In this document: piece by piece, positions 57,087 to 64,000 of the stretch
How the letters are laid out: each line of letters starts with the position of its first letter
Numbering within the stretch: position 1 is the first letter of the stretch
NCBI GenBank assembly: GCA_034669905.1
Contig: JAXMOL010000003.1
Coordinates: forward strand, 32,001 to 96,000
Reading direction: 5' to 3'
Length of the DNA: 64,000 bases
Source of the DNA: Candidatus Hydrogenedentota bacterium
GTDB taxonomy: Bacteria > Hydrogenedentota > Hydrogenedentia > Hydrogenedentales > JAEUWI01
Notes under the pieces: generated by a model
The model's database searches: none
Told to the model about the DNA's origin: nothing
The model's input: only the letters and a program-made list of their open reading frames with translations
Translations under genes and position numbers: made by a program

Positions 57087-57305
57087 GGTGATAAATCTAT
57101 TCTGCGTTGGAGCTCAGCGTATTGGGGGCGTCGCGGTTGCGCGCCCATGTTATAGGGACGGCGGAGCAGGGCATTCCTGCCGTCGCTGCTGTCCCTGCCG
57201 TCTGTCAGCAACAGAGCAGGGATGCCGCTATTATGCCTAACGTGCGCACCGCCCACAACCCAAGTAAGGCTGAAACGTAGTTTGTGACGTGCGCAGTGGA
57301 ACTTA

Positions 57306-57334
57306 TTGATGGTCCCGCATGGCAATGGTACAAT
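57306..57334 (+). promoter_or_regulatory. sigma70 promoter, probably giving a leaderless mRNA
   Basis: TTGATG, 17 bp, extended TG-G-TACAAT; ATG begins 7 nt after the -10 box. Confidence 0.65.
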
Positions 57335-57340
57335 GTGACC

Positions 57341-57544
57341 ATGGAAATGAAGGTGGACAGGACAAAAGCACGATTGCTCCGGATGTCCGAGAGCGACGAC
57401 AGCGGTTTCGTGGAGGGTACACCCTCAGAACGAATCGCCATGGTGTGGCCGCTTACGTGTCAGGTTCTCCCGTTGAGTCACCCCCATGATTTTGAGCGAA
57501 GACTACAGCGACATGTTGCGCGCCTTATCCGACGAGAAGGTTGA
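57341..57544 (+). CDS. Small hypothetical protein, putative antitoxin-like partner
   Basis: TPSERIAMVWPL...RLQR motif; overlaps the downstream nucleotidyltransferase gene. Confidence 0.6.
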   Translation: MEMKVDRTKARLLRMSESDDSGFVEGTPSERIAMVWPLTCQVLPLSHPHDFERRLQRHVARLIRREG

Positions 57545-57953
57545 GTATATTCTCATCGGGGCGCACGCGCTGGCGGCACATGGTGTTCCGCGGGCTACAG
57601 GGGATATAGATTTCTGGGTGTCGCCGACCCCAGAAAATGCTTTGGCTGTATACAGGGCACTGGCCAGATACGGTGCTCCGGTCGAGCAGATCACCCCTCA
57701 GGACTTTGAGACGGAGGGAATCATCTACCAGATCGGCGTTCCTCCCTATCGGATCGACATCGTCACCGCCGCGACCGGCCTCGACTTCGCGAGTTGTTAT
57801 GCTTCGGCCTTACAAACCGTTTATGCAGGTTTTGATGTTCGAGTTCCTTGCCTCGAAGATCTCATATCCAACAAGAAGGCGACGGGCCGACCAAAAGATT
57901 TTGTTGATGTAGAGGTGCTGGAGCAACGTGCTCTGAGAGGCAAACCGCACTAA
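57486..57953 (+). CDS. Nucleotidyltransferase (DUF6036 / AbiEii-like fold)
   Basis: YILIGAHALAAHGVPRATGDID, RIDIV, LISNKKATGRPKDFVD. Confidence 0.85.
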   Translation: MILSEDYSDMLRALSDEKVEYILIGAHALAAHGVPRATGDIDFWVSPTPENALAVYRALARYGAPVEQITPQDFETEGIIYQIGVPPYRIDIVTAATGLDFASCYASALQTVYAGFDVRVPCLEDLISNKKATGRPKDFVDVEVLEQRALRGKPH

Positions 57954-57987
57954 AGCGCAAACCCGGTTCTTCTAAAGACAAGCAAGC

Positions 57988-58857
57988 CTACAGCGCCAGT
58001 GCCCGGCAGATGTGGGCCGTGGCCCGCGACTTATTCAACACGTAAAAGTGCACGCCGGGCACGCCGTTTTCCACGAGATCCTCAACCTGACGCGCGGAAA
58101 AATACACCCCTACTGAGAATTGGCCTTCGTCATCATCGCCATGGGCTTCCAGGCGTCGGGTGAGTTGCTCGGGCAACACGGAGCCCGACATGCTGACAAT
58201 GCGCTTAATCTGGGCCAGGTTGGTAATGGGCAGGACACCCGGCACCACGGGGACGTCGATGCCGGCCGCCACACACCGGTCGCGGAAGCGGTAAAAGATG
58301 TCGTTGTCGTAGAAGAGCTGGGTCACGATGACGTCCGCGCCCGAGTCCACCTTCCGCTTCAGGTTATCGAGGTCGGTCTGGGCATTGGGCGCTTCGGGGT
58401 GCACCTCGGGATAGCCCCCCACGAGAATACCCATGTCCGGATATTCGCGGTGGATGAGGTCCACGAGCTCATTGCCATAGGCCAGGCCCCCTTCCGGGGC
58501 GACGAAACGTTCCTCGCCCTTGGGCGGATCGCCGCGCAGGGCCACGATATATTGAACCCCTCGTTTCCGCGCTTCATCGATATAGGCCCGGAGTTCGTCG
58601 ACCGTGGAGCCCACGCAGGTCAGGTGGGAGGCCACGGGGATACTGGGGTAGCGCCCCATGACGCCATCCAGTACTTCCAGGGTTTTATGTTGGGTCGAGC
58701 CGCCAGCCCCATAGGTGCAGGTGATGAACACCGGCTTGCACGTGACCAGTTCGTCAAGATTTTCGAAGAGATTTTCCAGGCCCTTTTCCGTTTTGGGCGG
58801 GAATAATTCAAAAGAAACCACCAGGCGATCGGGGGTGTAGGTCTGAGATAACTTCAC
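57988..58857 (-). CDS. metF: 5,10-methylenetetrahydrofolate reductase
   Basis: SFELFPPK, TYGAGGS, HLTCVG, ALRGDPP, GYPEVH, KRKVDSGAD..VTQLFYD, HFYVLN. Confidence 0.96.
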   Translation of the reverse strand: MKLSQTYTPDRLVVSFELFPPKTEKGLENLFENLDELVTCKPVFITCTYGAGGSTQHKTLEVLDGVMGRYPSIPVASHLTCVGSTVDELRAYIDEARKRGVQYIVALRGDPPKGEERFVAPEGGLAYGNELVDLIHREYPDMGILVGGYPEVHPEAPNAQTDLDNLKRKVDSGADVIVTQLFYDNDIFYRFRDRCVAAGIDVPVVPGVLPITNLAQIKRIVSMSGSVLPEQLTRRLEAHGDDDEGQFSVGVYFSARQVEDLVENGVPGVHFYVLNKSRATAHICRALAL

Positions 58858-59095
58858 AACCGTCCTTTCAAGATAACGGTAAAGGGATCTGCTATACGAC
58901 TCTCGGAATGCATGCGCACATTGGTCGCGGTATCCAATCCGGAGCGAAATGGGTCCTTCAGGAATCCCCGCTGGGAGGGCTGATTTAACTCACTTCGCGG
59001 GCAATGGTACAATGAAAGTCCCGTTTCCGGGTAATCGGATACCCCATCTCAGGTGACCCGCCTGTGTCTTTCCCTATTGAATTGGAGCGAATTCC

Positions 59096-62000
59096 ATGCA
59101 TTTTCTGGATGCCTTGAAAGAACAAATTGTGGTCCTCGACGGTGCCACTGGTACCGCCATTCAAGACTTGTATCTTGGTGATGAGTCCTTCGGCGGCAGC
59201 GATTTCAAAATGCTGTCGGACCTCCTGTCCTTCTCGCGCCCCGACGACATGACCAATATCCATCTGAATTATTACAAGGCCGGGGCCAATGCGGTGGAGA
59301 CCAATACCTTTGGCGCCACCCCCATGCGCCTGTCGGAGTATGACTTTTCCGCCATTGACCTCAGCGCCTTTGCGGAAAACCCCTACCCGGAGATGGATTT
59401 CAGCGGCAATGACTACGAGGCGCTGGCCTATTACATGAGCCGTCGGGGCTGTGAACTGGCCTGCGATGCCCGGGAACTCTACAAGAAAGAGGCCGACTAT
59501 GACGGGCGGCCCCTCTTTGTCTTCGGGTCTATCGGGCCCTCCAACCGCGTTTTGTCGAGCACCAAGGCCGATCTGACCGTATCCACCTATGAAGCCATCA
59601 TGGATAACTTCTATCACCAGGTCCGGGGTATGGTGGATGGCGGGGCCGATGTCCTGCTCTTTGAGACCCAGCAGGATATCCTCGAGCTGAAGGCCGCGGT
59701 TATGGGCGGCCAGAAGGCCATGAAGGAGAAGGGCGTCAAGCTGCCCATTATCTGCCAGGTCACGGTGGATCAGTTCTCCAAGATGCAGATTTTCAACACG
59801 GATATCCACGCCGCCCTTGTTACCATGCAGGGGATTGGTATCGATGTTTTCGGTATCAACTGCAGCATCGGGCCCGACCTGATGGAAAAAACCGTGGAGA
59901 AATTGTCCCGTTACAGCCAGATTCCCATTTCGGTGATTCCCAATGCGGGGCTGCCCACGTCGATTGACGGGAAGACGGTCTTCAAGTTTCCGCCCGAAGA
60001 GTTCGGCCAGTACCAGCGCAAATTTGTGGAGCAGTATGGGGTCAACATCGTCGGCGGCTGCTGCGGCACCACTGCGGCCCACATCAAATGTGTGGCCGAT
60101 CAGGTTCGGGGTCTTAAGCCCAAGGTGCGGAAGCCCGAGACGGGACTCTACCTTTCCGGGCCCCAGAATGCCGTGTTGCTCGATGGGTCCAAGACCCTGA
60201 TCCAATTCGGCGAGCGCCTCAATGTGCGGGGTTCCAAGAAGGTGCGCGATGCCGTTGAAAACGAGACGGGTATCGATCATGACGTCCTGGAAGAAGTGGT
60301 GCAGGAGCAGGTCGAAGGGCTTGGCTGTCAGGTCATTGATGTCTGTATGGACTCCAACCAGATCGACACCGTGGCGGCCCTCAAGGAAGTGGTCCACATA
60401 CAGACCACCGACTTCTCGGGGGCCATGTGCCTCGACTCCTTCCAGGTGGATGCCCTCGAAGAATCCATCAAGCAATATCCCGGTCGCCCCCTGGTCAACT
60501 CCATTTCGATGGAAGAGGCCTCGCCCGGCGTACTGAAGATCGACGCCGTGCTCGATGCCGTAAACCAGCACAACCCCTGCTACGTGGGCCTCTGCACGGG
60601 ACCCAAGGGCCCCGGTGCGACCCGGGAAGAGAAGCTCGATCTCGCCAGTCAGATCCTGGATCGGGCGTTGGAGCGTTACGGCGTCACGCCCGACCGCATG
60701 TTTATTGACGTGAATTGCTTCCCCCTGGGGTCTGAGTCCATCGAAGGACAAAACTTCGCCGTGGAGACCCTGGAAGGCATCAAGGCGGTGAAGGAAAAGT
60801 ACCCCACGGTCCGCACGACCCTCGGCGTGGGTAACCTCACCAACGGCCTCGCCAAGAAGCCCTACATGCGTAAGGTGCTCACCTCCGTCTTCCTCGATGA
60901 AGCCCGTAAAATGGGCCTCGACTCGGCCATTATCAATCCCAACCACTATGTCTTTGTGTCCGACATTGATCCCAACGACTATCAACTGGGGCTGAAGTCC
61001 ATCATGGAACGGGACATGGACGCCTTCGCCGAGTTGGAAGACATTGCCGAGCGCAAGACCGGTGTGGTGGTGGTGCGGCGCACGAGTTACGATGACCTGC
61101 CCCTGGAAAAGGCCATCTGCGAAAAAATCAAAGATGGCTTCAAGGAACGCAATAAGGGCACGGTGGACTATCGCGGGTTCACCTATGAATACGCCGACAA
61201 GATCGTGCTCCAGGTGGTGGAGGCCATGGAAAGCCATGAGCCCCTCGCCTTTATCAACGAACACCTCATGGGGGCCATGCAGGAGTTGGGCGACGGCTTC
61301 GGTCGTGGCGAAGTGTCCCTGCCTCACCTGCTCAAATCGGCCGACGTCATGCGCCAGGCCATGGGCTTCCTTGAGCAGTTCATGCGCAACGAAGCGGGCA
61401 TCGACATCCACAGCAAGATTGAATACAAGGGGGTGGTCGTTATCGGGACGGTCTACCAGGACGTCCACTCCATCGGTAAAGATCTGGCGCGGACCCTGTT
61501 GGAAAACTATGGTTACCGGGTTATCGACCTGGGCACCATGACACCCCTTCAGGCCTATATCGACGCGGCAAAAGAGCACAATGCCCACGCCATCGGTATG
61601 TCGGCGCTGCTGGTACAGACCTCCAACCACATGATCACCGTGGCCGATATGATGACGGAGCAGGGGCTCGATATTCCCATCCTCATTGGCGGCGCGCCCG
61701 TGAGCGACCGCCACGCAGCCTATGTGGCCATGGCCGGTAAAGAAGCACCCGAAGATATGCGGGAGAATGTATTTTACTGCCGCACCGCCATGGACGGCGT
61801 CAACGTGATGAACAAGCTCCGTGCCGATGGCGATATCAGTGACTATTTCACGACAAACAAAGAAAAGCTCATCAAGCGTCTGGAGCGGGCCGAGAAACGG
61901 GCCGCTGCCGACCAGGAATTGCTCGATACTTTGCCCCGCCGTGAGGTGGGTTTTGAAGGCTTTGAGCTCGCCACCGAGCCCCGCTTTGGCCGTCGCAAGG

Positions 62001-62719
62001 TGACCTACAGCCTCCGCGATTTCGCGCCCTACATGGAGAAGAAGACCCTCTTCGCCCTCAACTGGCGATTCGGCGGGAAGACCGCCCGCGAAAAGCAGGG
62101 CCACACCGCCGAGAAGCTCGATGCCCTCTTTGACGAGTGGATTGAAAAGGCGACCGAAAACAACTGGGTCGTGCCCCAGGGGGTCATGGGTATCTACCCC
62201 TGTCAGGCCGACGGCGACGATGTCATCGTGTACGACCCCGAAGACCACAGCAAGGAAATCGCCCGTTTTGATTTCACCGTGGTCTTGGGTGGCGAAAAGA
62301 AAGACACCATCTGCGGCGCCCAGTATTACCACCCCGTTGATAGCGGGAAGATGAGTGCCATCGGCATCCAGCTGACGACCAGCGGGCCCCAGGTCGACGA
62401 CTTCATCGAAGAGATGAAAGCCGCCGGGGATTCGGAGTCGACCTTGTTCTTGCAGGGGCTTTCCGACCGTATCGCCGAAGACATGGCCGAGCATCTGCAC
62501 CAGCAAATGCGTGAGCTCATGGGCGTGGACGAAAAGCAGGGACAGCGCTGGAGTCCGGGCTATCCCGGCATGCGCAACATCCACCTGAACGCCACGATTC
62601 ATGACCTGTTGGGCGGCGAAGAATTGATAGGCGTTAAGCTCACCGATGCCAGTGAGTTCAGTCCTACCGGGACAACGGGCGCGGTATGCAGTTTCCACCC
62701 GGAGGCGCGGTATACGTAA
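59096..62719 (+). CDS. metH: Cobalamin-dependent methionine synthase
   Basis: LDGATGT, ETNTFG, GINCS, PNAGLP, GGCCG, GERLNVRGSKK, B12 motif DVHSIG, SPGYP. Confidence 0.93.
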   Translation: MHFLDALKEQIVVLDGATGTAIQDLYLGDESFGGSDFKMLSDLLSFSRPDDMTNIHLNYYKAGANAVETNTFGATPMRLSEYDFSAIDLSAFAENPYPEMDFSGNDYEALAYYMSRRGCELACDARELYKKEADYDGRPLFVFGSIGPSNRVLSSTKADLTVSTYEAIMDNFYHQVRGMVDGGADVLLFETQQDILELKAAVMGGQKAMKEKGVKLPIICQVTVDQFSKMQIFNTDIHAALVTMQGIGIDVFGINCSIGPDLMEKTVEKLSRYSQIPISVIPNAGLPTSIDGKTVFKFPPEEFGQYQRKFVEQYGVNIVGGCCGTTAAHIKCVADQVRGLKPKVRKPETGLYLSGPQNAVLLDGSKTLIQFGERLNVRGSKKVRDAVENETGIDHDVLEEVVQEQVEGLGCQVIDVCMDSNQIDTVAALKEVVHIQTTDFSGAMCLDSFQVDALEESIKQYPGRPLVNSISMEEASPGVLKIDAVLDAVNQHNPCYVGLCTGPKGPGATREEKLDLASQILDRALERYGVTPDRMFIDVNCFPLGSESIEGQNFAVETLEGIKAVKEKYPTVRTTLGVGNLTNGLAKKPYMRKVLTSVFLDEARKMGLDSAIINPNHYVFVSDIDPNDYQLGLKSIMERDMDAFAELEDIAERKTGVVVVRRTSYDDLPLEKAICEKIKDGFKERNKGTVDYRGFTYEYADKIVLQVVEAMESHEPLAFINEHLMGAMQELGDGFGRGEVSLPHLLKSADVMRQAMGFLEQFMRNEAGIDIHSKIEYKGVVVIGTVYQDVHSIGKDLARTLLENYGYRVIDLGTMTPLQAYIDAAKEHNAHAIGMSALLVQTSNHMITVADMMTEQGLDIPILIGGAPVSDRHAAYVAMAGKEAPEDMRENVFYCRTAMDGVNVMNKLRADGDISDYFTTNKEKLIKRLERAEKRAAADQELLDTLPRREVGFEGFELATEPRFGRRKVTYSLRDFAPYMEKKTLFALNWRFGGKTAREKQGHTAEKLDALFDEWIEKATENNWVVPQGVMGIYPCQADGDDVIVYDPEDHSKEIARFDFTVVLGGEKKDTICGAQYYHPVDSGKMSAIGIQLTTSGPQVDDFIEEMKAAGDSESTLFLQGLSDRIAEDMAEHLHQQMRELMGVDEKQGQRWSPGYPGMRNIHLNATIHDLLGGEELIGVKLTDASEFSPTGTTGAVCSFHPEARYT

Positions 62720-62769
62720 TCGGCGGGGGCTCACGCCGAGCGCGTAGAACTGCTAGGAACTTTTTTGAA

Positions 62770-62800
62770 CCGCCATCCAGTTTGGGTGGCGGATTTCTTT
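62770..62800 (+). terminator. Rho-independent terminator after metH
   Basis: CCGCCATCCA-gtt-TGGGTGGCGG-ATTTCTTT. Confidence 0.7.
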
Positions 62801-63012
62801 ATGGAGCGCCATCGGCTTGATGGACAGCGCGGTAAGCGCCCGTAATCTATGGAGCGCCCTCTGTCCGACGGCTTGCGCGGTAGGGGTGTCTGTTGGAGAT
62901 GGGGCCACGGCGAATTATCATTTCAGGCATCATATAGCGTACAATTCCGGTCCAGGGGCATGACGGGGCATCTTGAAATTCGAACAACAATCTACGGACG
63001 GGTGTATCTCCT

Positions 63013-64000
63013 TTGAGCGAGTCGTTGGACAACGCACAAGAATTTCAGAGCTGGCACGTCTTGCGTGACCGGCGCCGCAATCAGTATGTTCGTGCTGCCC
63101 TGGTCGGGCTGGTGGCGGGAGGCGTGGCCCTCCTGTTTCAGCAGTTGCTCGTCGTGGCGGAAGAGTCCCGCCTGGAGTTGTTCGAATACCTGCACCACAC
63201 CTACCCCGGTTGGGGTTGGATCGTGGCGATGCTACTGGGCGGCACGTGCGGCCTTTTTGTCGGCTGGATGACGTCCCGTTTTGCACCCGAAGCGGCCGGT
63301 AGTGGCATTCCCCACGTTAAAGCCTGTCTCATGCACGCCAAGACCATGTCCTGGTGGCGTGTCCTGCCCGTAAAGTTCCTCGGGGGGCTGCTCTGTATCG
63401 GCTCCGGGTTTTCGCTGGGTCGTGAAGGCCCCACGGTGCAGATGGGTGCGGCCATTGGTCGTCTGCTGGCCGATGTGCTCAAGGTGCCTGCCAAGGCGGC
63501 TCCTCGCCTCATGGCCTGTGGTGCCGGTGCGGGCCTGGCTGCGGCCTTCCATGCGCCCCTGGCCGGGTTTATCTTTACCATCGAAGAATTGCAGCGAGAG
63601 TTCTCCACCCTCACCTATGTGATGGCCCTTATTGCCGCCGTTGTGGCCGATATTGTGGCCACGTCATTCTGGGGGAGCGACAACGTGTTTCAGGCGTCCG
63701 GTTTTCCGGCGGCTCCTCTGTCTTCCCTGCCTGTGTGTGCCCTCATCGGCGTGGTGGCGGGGGTCTTCGGCACGGGCTTCTCCCGCTCGCTCCTCTTCTT
63801 CCAGCGCGTGGCGGTAGGGGCAGAGAAACTGCCACCGTGGGCGCGGGCCGGTGCCGTCGGGATGGTGGTCGGACTTGCCGCGTGGAGTCTGCCTTCCCTG
63901 GCTGGCGGGGGACACGAAATTACCAAGCAGATGCTTCATGGCGACGCGGCCGGTGTTGAGTTCATGGGCTTTCTGGTCCTTCTTTTTGCGGGCAAGTTCC
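63013..64000 (+). CDS. clcA: ClC family H+/Cl- antiporter (partial, runs off the window; not in ORF track)
   Basis: Frame 1 from TTG 63013: PEAAGSGIPHV, LGREGPTVQMG, GAGAGLAAAFHAPLAGFIFTIEE. Confidence 0.92.
   Translation, partial: MSESLDNAQEFQSWHVLRDRRRNQYVRAALVGLVAGGVALLFQQLLVVAEESRLELFEYLHHTYPGWGWIVAMLLGGTCGLFVGWMTSRFAPEAAGSGIPHVKACLMHAKTMSWWRVLPVKFLGGLLCIGSGFSLGREGPTVQMGAAIGRLLADVLKVPAKAAPRLMACGAGAGLAAAFHAPLAGFIFTIEELQREFSTLTYVMALIAAVVADIVATSFWGSDNVFQASGFPAAPLSSLPVCALIGVVAGVFGTGFSRSLLFFQRVAVGAEKLPPWARAGAVGMVVGLAAWSLPSLAGGGHEITKQMLHGDAAGVEFMGFLVLLFAGKF

Noticed and set aside
58858..59095. SAM, SAH or cobalamin riboswitch between metF and metH
   Set aside because: No S-box, SAH or B12-box conserved core visible on either strand.
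58985..62734. 1249-aa minus-strand ORF
   Set aside because: Antisense shadow of metH caused by GC-rich codon bias; no recognisable motifs.
62880..63012. Fluoride riboswitch / fluoride-specific ClC
   Set aside because: Only a short GGAGATGG match without the pseudoknot. The protein has GSGIP and GREGP (Cl-/H+ type), not the fluoride-type signatures.

Overview
GC-rich bacterial chromosomal segment with about 48 protein-coding genes. I found no rRNA, tRNA, CRISPR array, integrase or transposase. The gene content (BNR sialidase with DUF1080, CehA/McbA hydrolase, SSS symporter, carboxypeptidase-regulatory-like protein, REP palindromes) suggests a PVC-like or Hydrogenedentota-type organism, but that is inference only. 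Housekeeping and metabolic genes include clpP, fdhA, pilT, comF, thiG, metF, metH, a ClC antiporter, SSS and AGCS symporters, an FAD/Fe-S oxidoreductase, a NUDIX hydrolase and several glycosyltransferases. The most unusual content is signalling-related. Type IV pilus/T2SS-derived modules occur detached from any pilus operon: a 1329-aa coiled-coil protein ending in an MshEN/GspE-N domain (with a recent 297-bp internal repeat), an MshEN-HDOD fusion, a 64-aa free-standing PilC/GspF-N-like protein, and a four-gene pilT operon. Alongside these are a BvgS-like kinase with an HD-GYP phosphodiesterase, a hybrid kinase lacking its phospho-acceptor His, and a cysteine-less LOV-PP2C. Other points are an orphan Pycsar-effector-like (PycTM/DUF5706) gene between two REP doublets, a probably leaderless toxin-antitoxin-like pair, a sigma54 promoter, a candidate structured leader RNA and an unannotated 56-aa membrane ORF. 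All family assignments come from motif recognition by eye; no searches were run.
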